Origin: a virus
Lineage: Duplodnaviria > Caudoviricetes
DNA length: 64,000 nt
Virus record (IMG/VR): IMGVR_UViG_3300035498_000877
Span: 64,001-128,000 of that record
Strand: one strand, 5' to 3'
A program made the position numbers and the translations under genes. This document shows positions 31,591 through 43,411 of the stretch, piece after piece (position 1 is the stretch's first letter; every line of letters starts with the position of its first letter). The notes below the pieces were generated by a model, which saw only the letters and a list, made by a program, of their open reading frames with translations, did not search any database and was not told where the DNA came from.

Positions 31591-33298
31591 ATGAGCAATA
31601 AGTACTTGGGGGGGGGATTCCCAGATTAAAAGCCTAATACAAAATATAATAAAAAATGTACCACGTGAAGAATATAGTGGTGATGATATTAAAAAGATGC
31701 GAATGCAAACGTGTAAACATGAAAATCTAATATATCAATATAATAATGATGCAACATGTACTGAAGATGGTACTGAGGATGAGATATGTAATGAATGTGG
31801 ATATACAGAAACAAAAATTAAAGTAGGATCGGCTTTAGGTCATATTTATCCATCTGAGTGGACTATCAGTAAAGAAGCTACTTGTGAAGAAGATGGTATA
31901 AAAATAAAAGTATGTACTAGATGTGGTAACGATCAGATTACTGATACTATTTTTAAATTAGGGCATAGTTATCCTGATGATTGGACTATAGTAACACCAG
32001 CATCTTGTGAAGTTGAAGGACTTAAGAAAAAGAAATGTATTAGATGTGATAATGAAATAACAGAAGTTATACCAGCATTGGAACATACATGGTCTGATAA
32101 TGGAGATGGTACTCACACATGTATTACAGAAGGTGGATGTGGTACAACAGAAGAATGTAGCCCATCAGATCCAGGAACTACATGTGAAAAATGTGGATAT
32201 GAATTCGAAGATGTTGAATTAGCAATTACAACTACATCTATAGATGGTATGGTAATTGATACTGAGTATACTAAACAATTAGAAAAGAATATTGATAAAT
32301 CAGCTAAATGGTCTATTTCATCTGGATCATTGCCTGATGGAATATCATTGTCTGAAGATGGTATCATTAGTGGTACTCCTACTACATCTGGTATTTATAC
32401 ATTCATAGTTAAATGTGTATGTGGAACTCAGGAAGCTACTAAGGAATATAGCACATCGATTGCTAAGAGAATATTTACAGTTACATTCAATGCAATGGAT
32501 GGTGAATGTTCAGAAACTACAAGACAAATCGCTGATGGTAGTACAATTGGTGAATTACCAACTGCTAGTATGGATGGAATGGTATTCGGCGGATGGTTCA
32601 CAGCTGAAACATTAGGTATGCAAGTTGATGCTCAATATACTGTAACAGCTGATGTTACACTATATGCTAGATATGGTGAAGATAGTGGTATTGTATTTGG
32701 TGATGCAACTACAACATTCAATATTGCATATAATAATGATAGAACAAATTATCAAAATCAACCATATACATTATATAGTAGAAACCATGATGGTACTACA
32801 TCATCTAACATTGTATTCCAGACGGGAATTGCATGTGCTGATGGTACTGGATCTAATAACTTATCGGCTGATAATGATGAAGTTACATTGTATATCAAAG
32901 TAACTAATAATGGAACTGCCAACTCATTTGACTTTGGTTTCGATTGTGACTCTTATATTAATACAGATGAGGATCATCTTGATAATGTTATGATAACTCG
33001 TCTTGAGAATGGTGTTCAGTTATCTGATAAGATCCAAGTTACTGTACCATATACAATGACAGCATGGATCGGTAAATATAATAGTAGAACGTCTAATAGA
33101 TATAATGATGTTGCTGTTGGATATTCAGCTGGATATGGATCTACTGCTGGTGATATGGATACTGGTTATGCTCTTACAATGTATGATTTATTTATCAATA
33201 GTGGAGCATATATCATACTTGAAGTTACATTCAAATATATTGGTACTGGAACTACAGATTCTTCATCTAGTGGAAGTGATACAGGTAATAAATCATAA
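31591..33298 (+). CDS. Surface/fibre-like protein with Cys-His repeats, Ig-like domain and Listeria-Bacteroides repeat; frameshifted at a G9 tract (31608-31616)
   Basis: ATG 31591 with aaggga SD reads MSNKYLGGGFPD*. Removing one G gives MSNKYLGGDSQIKSLIQNI... in frame with 31697..33298. ATCTEDG..C..CG repeats, SGSLPDGISL..GTPT and VTFNA..G...F.GWFT motifs. Confidence 0.75.
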
Positions 33299-33308
33299 AA
33301 TATTAATA

Positions 33309-33340
33309 AATAGAAGAGGGAATTAATTCCCTCTTCTATT
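33309..33340. terminator. Bidirectional terminator
   Basis: aatagaagagggaattaattccctcttctatt palindrome between convergent genes. Confidence 0.75.
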
Positions 33341-33352
33341 ATAATTATTATT

Positions 33353-35353
33353 TTATTTTAATACTATCTTAACTATGTTATCAGATACTCTTTTAATTAC
33401 TCTATAACCACTATCTGATTTAGTAGCTATTGAATTATCATTACATTTACAATATCCATTTACTTCACATGTACCATCATCATATACAGCAAGTACACCA
33501 AGCATACCAATAGCACTCCATTCTGGTCTATCATCTCTTTGAATATAACCTTTATCTAGATCATAATCAGGATTTACTTTATAGAACTCTACTTCTACTT
33601 CCTGATCTACTTCTTCAATAGTGGTATTACCATTTTCATCTTTAATTTCCTGCGGTACTTTAATAGTTTGCATAGTTTTTTCTTTAATATATGCCCCAAA
33701 TTCATCTTTCATGAATTTACCTTGCCACTCAGTATCAGTATTACCAAGTACACATGGATTAGCAGATACTATTCCTAGTACCCAATCTCCTTCTTTGGCA
33801 AGTACAATTTTATCTTCAGATAATGTTACAAACTTTCCTCTTCTATCTTCATTATCTGGATTACCATCTAACCATTCGAAGTACTCTGCATAGTCAGCAC
33901 CAGTTGCAGAATATGCAGCTTGAGCATATGTCGCTCCATCATAATCGACTCTAAATGCATTACTATCACCAGCTGATGTACCGTTACCAATTACAAATGC
34001 AGTGCCACTAGTATCTTTAATAGTTCCTCCAGTTGCTAATTCTGGATCATTATAATGACCTTGTGCATGTTGATAGTCTTCAGCAATGGTATACCAACCT
34101 TCTGCGTGTGAAACACCGCCATTAGCTTTAGTAGCATATCCTTCTGCATGCGATTCTCCTCCAATTGATTGTGTCCCGTAACCTTCTGCATGCGAGTAAT
34201 TTCCTTTAGCTTTACCAAATCCTTCTGCATGTGAGTAATCACCAGATGCTGTGGTACTATTACCTTCAGCATGCGATCCAGGACCAGATGCAGTAGTATA
34301 ACCACCTTCAGCATGAGAACTATTTCCTGAAGCTACTGTAGTATCACCTTCAGCATGAGAACATAAACCACTGGCAATAGTACTTTCACCCTCAGCATGC
34401 GTACTATCCTTAGTAGCTGATGTAGTATTTCCTTCAGTGTGACTATAAGTACCAGATGCTGTAGTTTTATAACCCTCTGCATGTGATGCAGTACCAGTAG
34501 CAGTAGTACCTTCACCTTCTGCATGTGAGTAATCACCAGATGCACTTACCCAACCACTTTCTTTACCATATTCACATCCTGCGCCCTCGGCATGAGAACA
34601 TGAACCTGTTGCTTCAGTACGATATCCCTCAGCATGAGAGCAAGGATCTATTGTACTGGTATCATATCCTTCAGTATGAGAATAATCACCTGATGCATAA
34701 CTATATCCTTCTGAATGTGAATATTTACCCTTAGCCTCAGAATACAGTATATCTTCAGCACTAGATCCACCATCATCAAGATGTCCACCACCCTCAGCAT
34801 GAGAATAATCACCAGAAGCTTTAGTTAAAGTACCCTCAGCATGAGATCCTTTACCACTAGCTTTAGTACCAGATCCTTCTGCATGTGAGTAATCACCAGA
34901 CGCTTCTACATATATTAGAATTTCATCATTTATATTACGCATATATCCTTCGGCATGGGAACCTTCACCGCCAGCAATTGTATCTGCACCCTCGGCATGA
35001 GAATAATCACCTGATGCTGTAGTATTATTACCTTCAGCAGTAGAACAATCTCCAGCATCTGTTTCTTTTTTTCTTCCAAGATTTATTGAAGCATCACTGT
35101 ATATTGATAGTTTAGCATATTCATCATCAGCTCCAATATTGGTTCTGATATTATCCTTTTCTTCATCAGTAAGTTCTTGTACTTCAGTAGATACTGCTTT
35201 GTAATTCTCCACATTATCCAATCCAATTGTAGATTTAGTAATATTATGTGGATTTAATGTATCAATATGCTCTTGTAATTTATTATCAACATCCTGTTTG
35301 CTTACATCAATTAGAGTCTTTATTGAATTTTCACCAGCATATTTTTTGCTCAT
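33353..35353 (-). CDS. Tail fibre/spike with about 20 SHAEG (YadA/Hep-Hag-like) repeats and a C-terminal peptidase-G2-type intramolecular chaperone
   Basis: 14-aa SHAEG repeats; ADYAEYFEW...GIVSANP...RPEWSAIGMLG; N-terminus shared with the DGR target. Confidence 0.8.
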   Translation of the reverse strand: MSKKYAGENSIKTLIDVSKQDVDNKLQEHIDTLNPHNITKSTIGLDNVENYKAVSTEVQELTDEEKDNIRTNIGADDEYAKLSIYSDASINLGRKKETDAGDCSTAEGNNTTASGDYSHAEGADTIAGGEGSHAEGYMRNINDEILIYVEASGDYSHAEGSGTKASGKGSHAEGTLTKASGDYSHAEGGGHLDDGGSSAEDILYSEAKGKYSHSEGYSYASGDYSHTEGYDTSTIDPCSHAEGYRTEATGSCSHAEGAGCEYGKESGWVSASGDYSHAEGEGTTATGTASHAEGYKTTASGTYSHTEGNTTSATKDSTHAEGESTIASGLCSHAEGDTTVASGNSSHAEGGYTTASGPGSHAEGNSTTASGDYSHAEGFGKAKGNYSHAEGYGTQSIGGESHAEGYATKANGGVSHAEGWYTIAEDYQHAQGHYNDPELATGGTIKDTSGTAFVIGNGTSAGDSNAFRVDYDGATYAQAAYSATGADYAEYFEWLDGNPDNEDRRGKFVTLSEDKIVLAKEGDWVLGIVSANPCVLGNTDTEWQGKFMKDEFGAYIKEKTMQTIKVPQEIKDENGNTTIEEVDQEVEVEFYKVNPDYDLDKGYIQRDDRPEWSAIGMLGVLAVYDDGTCEVNGYCKCNDNSIATKSDSGYRVIKRVSDNIVKIVLK

Positions 35354-35445
35354 AATAGTATATCTCCTTTCTAGTATTTATTTTGTGTTATTTAATAACT
35401 AATAGAGCTTTATAAAATGGTAAAAAATAAAGAGAGGGATTAGTA
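35347..35445 (-). repeat. Copy of the shared fibre-gene leader (hairpin arm, promoter region, RBS, ATG)
   Basis: Near-identical to 43683-43781; the RBS-proximal part also matches 45309-45388. Confidence 0.9.
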
Positions 35446-35459
35446 CCCCTCTCTTTCAG

Positions 35460-35942
35460 TTATATTCCATCAATTTCCCCATTAAACATATTTTTGAGTG
35501 TATATATTGTAGTATCAATAATATATTGATTTATGTATTCTTTTGTATATATCAGATTTTCATAATCAATATTATTAAAATTAATATCATTCTTTACTAT
35601 AGTCACAGTATCACCAAGCATTCTCTTTAGATGTTCCTTAGTAATCTTTTCTAAATCATGATTATCTGAGAATGTTCTGTATTTAACAGTAGTTACTGAT
35701 GCTATAGCTTCTCTTATAGATTTCAATAATAATTCTGAATACTCTAATATCTCTTTATCTTTAATAATTTTTTCTTTAGAAGATTCCTCTAGTTTCTTTT
35801 TTTCTAGATTATATAATTCTTCCTCCTTATCCATTAATGCATGAATCTTAATAATAAGATGAATTAGTAATATTATTAGTAATAATATAAATGCTAATCC
35901 AGCATCCATGCATGCTGTATAAACATATTCAAGTGTTTCCAT
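35460..35942 (-). CDS. Hypothetical membrane-anchored protein
   Basis: N-terminal hydrophobic helix AGLAFILLLIILLIHLII; aaggag SD. Confidence 0.6.
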   Translation of the reverse strand: METLEYVYTACMDAGLAFILLLIILLIHLIIKIHALMDKEEELYNLEKKKLEESSKEKIIKDKEILEYSELLLKSIREAIASVTTVKYRTFSDNHDLEKITKEHLKRMLGDTVTIVKNDINFNNIDYENLIYTKEYINQYIIDTTIYTLKNMFNGEIDGI

Positions 35943-35957
35943 TTCACAGTCTCCTTT

Positions 35958-38900
35958 TTATTCATCTTCTAATCTAGCAAATTTTGATAAATTATTTTTG
36001 AATAGTTGGACAATATTATCAGTTAGATGCTTTTTCTTAAATGGTATATTGTCCATAACCCATTCCATCATCTCATCATAATCATTACCAATCTCATGAG
36101 GATGTAATTTCATCCATATTACATATGTTTTGATTAATTTATTCAGATAATAATATTCGGCTTTAGTACACAATATAGTTGCATCACCAAAACGATATTC
36201 ATTAACTATTTCTTCATCTTCTGCTTGTCCAATAAATTCATCTTCATCATCTATTGTTTGCATTTCAACACCTAATGATTTAAGATAAACTTGTAATATT
36301 TCAGATGTTCTAGAAGTAAATGAATCAGGAATATTATATTTATTATCATCTGATAAAATTGCTTCATACATATATTTTCTACCATCTACTGAAGATCTAT
36401 ATAATGCAGTAATTAATGCAAAGTCTTCTGGGTTAGTTATGATCATGAAGTTGGGCATTTCATATTCGCCGAACCTGATTGGTTTGCTAGAATACCAAGA
36501 TTTACCTATCTTATTTTCATGAGATTTCTCTGGTAATCCCTCATCAGATATTGATCCAGATGAACGTACTGAGAATCCCTTTTCACCTGATTGTTTTAAC
36601 ATCATCATATACTGATATCCAATATTATCACTACCTATATAGATATCTCTACCCCACTTTGGTTTAGGTACAAATATATGATATGGAGTGAATATATCAG
36701 GATATTTTTCATATACCTGAATAATCTTATCTCTCCATGTTTTATAATCAGGCTCTGAACTATCTTCAAATGCTTCCCATCTGATATATAATGTATCATC
36801 AGTTCTTAATGTACCATCTCTATTCAAATTAATGGTACTATCAATAAATTTAACTTTCTCTCGGTCTGATAATCCATCATAAATATTTTCAAATTCTTTA
36901 GCTTCTTTTTCATTAAGTATTTTCATGATATCAAATAAGAATTCTTTACGTTCTTCATTTGTTTCCAAAGTGGCAGCATGTTTTCTAGCAATGTCTTGTA
37001 TGTATGTAACACTACCTTCAAGCATAACCATTGGAATAGTTCTATTAATAATAGCTAGAGGATTTGTAATCATATCTACTCTTTCGATAATACCTTTTGG
37101 ATGTTTAACTCCATATTTATCTACAGTATATTCCCTAGTAAGATATGGCATTTCTTCATCTGCTCTAATCTGACAAATCACTGTTTTGTCATTTCCTTCA
37201 CATAGTTCGCAACACTATGCAGTTCTCTTATGAACTTCTCATACTCTCGTATGACAATAATCTATCTCAAGGTTAAGGTGTATTTCTACAGTTGAGACTA
37301 TATCTTTAGCTCATTTATATGAACAGAGCTAGGCTTTTCCAATTAAGGGAATTTCACCCGCTACCATTAGCTTGTAGCCGTACTCCTGTTGGCTTGTTAG
37401 GCCCGAGGGATAGTCGTTGAACTTCTTTATTTTGATATACTTTACATGCATAATGCATATGTTATAATTAATTGAATTATATGAAAACATTGATCTTGTA
37501 TCAAATTAATCTTCAATAAATTCGCTTTAATATGATCTATGATATAATGAGCAATTGAATTTACAAATAACATGATTGTTATAATAAGATATTTATCTTC
37601 ATTATGATAATTATAAATTACAATTGGTAGCATTATACAGAATGCCCATTGAAATGAATGCAAATATAATGCTATAATATAATCATATTGATATAAAGGT
37701 GATGGAGCATTTTCTTCCCACCACTTTTTCTGTTTCATAGATCCCATTAATCCTTGTAAGTTAAAATCAGCAAATATGTGCATAAATAACATTGCTGAGT
37801 ATACTATATATTTTGGAATAATCATAATATCACTTCCTTTCTTATTGGAAGTATATCAAAATAAATTTAGCTGCGGATCTTCTCTATTAACTACATTATT
37901 ACTATACCTAAGGCATTACCCTTCGCCATCATTATATTACTATAATGATTTAGTAGTGTTACTTTACAAGATTTGCCCGCAATTAACCTAGTTTTACATG
38001 GGCCAAAACATACATATGCTCCCATGTCGGCCTACGATCTTTCGGCCGATGATTGCTTGTTCTTTCTTACGTACTAAAATCTCTACCATCATATTAGAGA
38101 ATACATTATCATTATATGCCCATACTGCTTGAGTATCTAGATAATTCATTGCAATTCTCTTCCAATGATTAATATTTTTATGGATATTTTTACATCCCGA
38201 TTTCAGTATCTTATTGCATATTTTATATACCTTAGTATAGAACCATCTGCTGTCATTGTAATATTGAACAAGTTGTTTATTCACTTTATTAACTTTTATA
38301 TTGGAATTATTGCAATAGATATTGATATCAATTATTTCACCATCTGCATAGAATATTTGATCTGTTTGAGCATTGATGTGAGTAAGTGAAGAATCTCTGA
38401 GATCTGAAAACATTCTAGTCTCTTTAATGGTACGAGTAGCTGCCAATATACCATTATCTATTTTATCTCCAATATTAGGAAGTCCAATATAATCGTTATT
38501 ATCCTTCCCATATAAATTCAATAGAATCGTATTTTCATTGATTGGTATTGTAATAGATTTCACATTATTAGTCACCATTCGTTTTGCAAATGATTCTGAT
38601 ACTACAATAGCATCATCCTGTACAGCTGGATCAACCCCATACAATATTCTTCCATTAATACCAACTCCAACATTCATATCTTCATCATATGATGTAGATG
38701 CATATACTAATGTATCTTTGGATATAGTTTCACCAACTTCGCATTGATCCAGAAAATCATTATCATAAGCAAATCCAAAATTTTCTGTTAGATCCTCTAC
38801 CTCTTTGCGTTCCAATACAATATACTTATCTTCTTTCTCTGAATATAGAAAGTATAGTGCCATATAAGATTTACCTTTTAACAGTTCTTCATACTTCTTA

Positions 38901-39172
38901 GCAATATCAACTACTTTGTAGTCAGTATCGGCACGAAAATAATTTGAAGATTGCTCACCTATTAGATTCTCCTTACCATCAAAGAACATAGGAAATTCTG
39001 GATTATCAATTGCTAAATGTTGAACCTTATGTTTGATATTCATGGTAGATCTCATAACATTGTTACCACCAGGAAAATCTCCTTGACCAACTAAAGCTAA
39101 TCTTTTGTTACCTTTGAGCTCTTCATTTTTCTTTTGAAGTTCGTATATAAGGTTATACTTCTCTCTAGCCAT
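35958..39172 (-). CDS. Phage RNA polymerase beta subunit, C-terminal part; 2 exons (38020-39172, 35958-37189), about 794 aa
   Basis: RSTMNIKH, QDDAIVVSES, spliced GRKIVGRHGNKTVI...EEMPYL, ITNPLAIINR, GYQYMMMLKQ, PIRFGEYE. Confidence 0.9.
37190..38019 (-). ncRNA. Group I intron (830 nt) containing a non-endonuclease ORF
   Basis: P aattgcgggcaaa, Q agatccgcagc, R gttcaacgacta, S aagatatagtc; 3' region nearly identical to intron 21659-22152. Confidence 0.88.
37442..37825 (-). CDS. Intron-encoded DUF3307-like membrane protein
   Basis: HIFADFNLQ, H..QW, HYIIDHIK, DQCFH motifs with hydrophobic helices; own SD aaggaagtg. Confidence 0.75.
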   Translation of the reverse strand: MIIPKYIVYSAMLFMHIFADFNLQGLMGSMKQKKWWEENAPSPLYQYDYIIALYLHSFQWAFCIMLPIVIYNYHNEDKYLIITIMLFVNSIAHYIIDHIKANLLKINLIQDQCFHIIQLIITYALCM

Positions 39173-39318
39173 TTTACTTATTCCTCCTTTAAAAATGTTA
39201 ATAGTAATAGTTCTCACTTACCGAAAAAGAATATATAAATAAAAATAAATATAGATCCTTAATTTTTATTCACTTTTTACAGTTTCTATAATAATATTTA
39301 AGTAAAGGAGAGAATCTT

Positions 39319-42300
39319 ATGAATATTGAATTAGTTGATATGAATAGGATTATAGGTGTTAATAAGTTAGAAGAAGTCAGTGGACCTAGATTATTTTCTT
39401 CTAAGATGACTTATGATCCTGCAGGTATATTATCGAATGAAATATTTGGTATTTCTAAACAAGATAGACGTAATACATTTGCCTATATAAATCTTAGAAG
39501 ACCTTTTATTCATCCGCATATCTATAATAATGTATTGATACCCACATATCGAAAAGCTATTGGTATTGTTGCTGGTCAGAAATATGTAAGTGTTAAAGAT
39601 GGAATTATAATAGATGATCCTGATAATGGATGGACTGGTATATCTAATTTATATTCACATTGGGATGAAATAGACTGGAAGAAAGTCAAACTCAATGAAT
39701 CCAATAATAGATCACTATTAGTGAATCTAAAAAGAGATCAAGTATTTATTGACAAGATACTAGTATCACCACCAGCCTATCGTGATGTAATGATTAGTGG
39801 TACAGTAGATTCTTCAGATCATGTCAGTGAAGTAAATGATTTATATTTAAAATTAATCAGATCAGTTGCTTTATTATCTGAGGGAGGAATGTTTGCTAGA
39901 ACACAGTATGCCACTCAGAAAAATATACAGGATACATTAGTAGCTATTTATAATTACTATAAGAATCTTATATCAAAGAAACAAGGATTGATCAGAAAGT
40001 ATTTACTAGGTAAGAGTGTTGACTATGGTACCAGATCAGTTATATCAGCTCCATCTTATAACCATGAGAGATTTGAAGATAATATAATTGATATGGATCA
40101 CTCTGCAATACCAATAGAACAATGTTGCTCTAACTTTTATCCATTTATAGAAGCATGGGTAAAAAATTTCTTTACAAGGGAAATTATTAATGATCCAAAT
40201 GTAATGACTTTTTATGACCCAGAATTGAAAAGAGAAATTACTGCATCTATTAAAGATCCAGAAATACAATTCTCTGAAAAGAATGTAAAGAAGATGATAA
40301 ATGATTACTGTTTGAATCCTGATAATAGATATAAAATAATAACAATGGATGTTGTTATTCCCACAGCTAAAGAGGATAAAATATTGAAAGCAAATCTATT
40401 ATTGAAAGGAAAAGTAATTCTTCCTAATAATGCTTCTACCCAATTAGCAAGACAACTAACAGTAACAGATATCTTATATTTGGCATGTGTTGATGTATGT
40501 GAAAAAAGACATATAATGATATCAAGATATCCTGTAGGTACAGATAAAGGAATATACTTTAATAAGATAAGAGTTCAATCAACACGTAATCATATTAAAT
40601 TAGTATTCAATGGAAAAGAATATCCTTTTTATCCAGATATACGATTAGATACTGATCATGATAAAGTAGGAATTCAATTTATTGATTCATTAGTTCTATC
40701 CAATGCTCATTTGGATGGCATGGGTAAATCAGTGCTCATGTAAAACCTTTTTAACTGCCGGGAACTCCATTAATCATAAATAACTGCAGCTAGTAGTGAT
40801 ACATAGTGTAGCAATATACATAACGGTATATGGATAGTAAAATCATTTATGATTGGATAATCATAGGCAGCCAAGTATCTATATTTATATAGATAAAGGT
40901 TCAGAGACTATCGGCCAACTATAATATGCGAGAAACTCGGTATTAATAGTCATTAGAGTAGATCTATCACGATAGATAGACCACCAATCTTGGCAGGAAG
41001 TGGAGTAATTCGAAATGGAAGGTGGGGGATATCGGTAACAGGTATTCTCTGAAGATATAGTCCAAAATTAAAGTTCTAACCCCAGTAAAATCGCTGGCTG
41101 ATTATGATGGCGATGTACTTAGCTTAAGGGGTATATGGTCCGATGAAGCTAATCAAGAAGCTGAAGAGATCATGAATAAGAAAATAAGTGTATTAAATAT
41201 TACTGGTACTAATGCTAAAGGAGTATCTAAGGAATTAGTAAACTCTATGTACGAATTAACTAAAACTATGAAAGGATCTAGATCAATCAATGAAGAAGAA
41301 ACTAAAGAATTACTTAGTATTAGTTTTAACGATATTACTAGAAGTAAACTTGCAGATTGGTTTGCTGATACAGTAGATTGTTCAGTAAAGAATCAAGCAG
41401 GTAAAAGACATTCTAGGTTTAATACATGGGATCTAATGAATGTTCCTAGAAATTATTTTTATGATGGACAACCTGCATTGACTACTACTGTAGGTAAATT
41501 TGTGTACAATAAATTTGTATTGGAAGCATCTGGAATTATTGGTGCAGTAGGATATATATCTGATACTATCAATAAAGGCAAGAATGGTGATATTGATAAT
41601 CTAGTAGGAGATCTTTTATTGAATGATAAAATTAATAAGACTCAATTCAATAATTATATTGATAGAAGAGATACTTTAGGTTATTGGATAAATGGCATGT
41701 TAGCACATACAATATCTGAAAAGATGCTTAAGCCATTACCAGAAGTTGAGAAGAAGAAAGCAGAATTAATTAAAGCACATGAAAAAGAATTAGCTGAAGG
41801 AAATATTGATGTAATGACTCAGATAAGTGATGAGCTTGTTTCTTATGCTAAAGATATACTTAAAGATGATCCTGGCATGGATCTATATACTTCGGGTGAT
41901 CTTGATTTTGGTAACAATTATAAATGTAATTCAATATTGAAAGGTGCTGTAAAGAATGAGATCACAGGTGAATATGATTTTATTGGATCATCATTTATGG
42001 ATGGTATTGAAATTAAAGATATTCCATCACATGCAAATTCAATATTGGCATCTCAATATCCTGCATCAATTGCAACTAAAGATGCTGGTTATCTCGGTAA
42101 GAAATTATTAGCATTACTTCAGATGATGGAATTAGATGAACCTGATACTGATTGTGGTACTAAACAATTGGTACCAGTAGAAATTACCAAATCTAATAAA
42201 TCCAATATGATATATTCATATATAGATGAGGGTGGCGGAAAACTCACTATGCTAGATAATTCTAATATTGGATCATATATTGGAAAGACTGTTAAAATGA

Positions 42301-42500
42301 GATCTCCTATGACATGTACTGGTCAAAAGATATGTTCTAAATGTGCTGGTAAACTATTCTATATGATAGGAGCTGAACATATTGGATTATTTGCAGTACA
42401 GATTTCACATGCTGATCTTAACTTGGCATTGAAAGCTAAACATGATGCATCAGTAAAACTTCATGTTTTTAATCCTGATGAAATCCTTGAGGATATTTAA
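39319..42500 (+). CDS. Phage RNA polymerase beta' subunit (catalytic); 2 exons (39319-40725, 41097-42500), 936 aa
   Basis: GILSNEIFG, PPAYRD, LLGKSVDYGTRSVI, SRYP; splicing restores GMG|ADYDGD; DCGT, RSPMTC, ICSKCAG. Confidence 0.92.
40726..41096 (+). ncRNA. Group I intron (371 nt) inside the catalytic DxDGD region
   Basis: P1 catgggU|...gctcatg with U.G pair; P10 aatcagt/gctgatt; P aactgccgggaa, Q aatcataggcagc, R gttcagagacta, S aagatatagtcc; terminal G. Confidence 0.92.
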
Positions 42501-42609
42501 TTATATATTATAATAGTAATGATATAGTCGGTATTATAAAAATATCGTCGGGTATACACTATGTCATTAAAAGTTATAACTTTAAATAAAAAGAAGGGAG
42601 CTCTCAAAC

Positions 42610-43389
42610 ATGAGTAAAGGAACAATCAATTTTAAAACAGCGTGCCCCAAATGCGGAACAAAATTAACGATTGATAATGTTAAAAAAGAAGATGTATTGC
42701 CGGCACCAAAACTCAGAAGTGGTCACAAACCAGCTGGTGAATTACTTCTGTACAGAGAAACAACTGAATCAATCAAACAATTTCTGATTGATAAGTGTAG
42801 GGCATATGCCCCTGATATCTCAGTTGAAATATTGACGAGATATAATGAAAAGAAACATGGAAAATCATTTGATCCACACAGATGTTATGCTTATTTCATT
42901 TTAGCAATGACAGCTAATGAAGCATTGACTGCAGAGTCAGATGATATGTATGTACGTATTGGATCTGAAGGAAATGATAATCTTTCATTCATATCTGAAA
43001 TTAAGTATCATATAATCAATAAATATCGCTGGGATAAAAAGTGGCTTTCTGATACATTAAAATCATATGCAGCAATGGAAAAGCTTGAAGCTGCATTAGG
43101 TTTAACACCAGCAATGTTATCTGAGATCAATAAGTTTTCAAATCCTACTATTATTAAATCAAATAATATAGCATGGGTTGAAGTAGCAATACAGGCTGAG
43201 AAAGTTTTGGCTGATATGTTTACTGATACATCAACAAATGAATCAATTCCATTTAAGATTAATGATATTAGACCAATATCAGAAAATAACATTCAGTATG
43301 ATATCTTGGTTGATCCAGATGCTAAGAAGATACTTACACCAGATGATTCTGTTATGTTATTGATTAAGAATAGCATTAAGAATAAATAA
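42610..43389 (+). CDS. Hypothetical protein with N-terminal CPKC
   Basis: 259-aa ORF, aagggag SD. Confidence 0.6.
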   Translation: MSKGTINFKTACPKCGTKLTIDNVKKEDVLPAPKLRSGHKPAGELLLYRETTESIKQFLIDKCRAYAPDISVEILTRYNEKKHGKSFDPHRCYAYFILAMTANEALTAESDDMYVRIGSEGNDNLSFISEIKYHIINKYRWDKKWLSDTLKSYAAMEKLEAALGLTPAMLSEINKFSNPTIIKSNNIAWVEVAIQAEKVLADMFTDTSTNESIPFKINDIRPISENNIQYDILVDPDAKKILTPDDSVMLLIKNSIKNK

Positions 43390-43411
43390 TTATTAAAGGA
43401 GATAAACATCA

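Noticed and set aside
34050-35050. 42-bp periodic repeats as a CRISPR array
   Set aside because: They are degenerate in-frame SHAEG coding repeats with no constant repeat and unique spacer structure.
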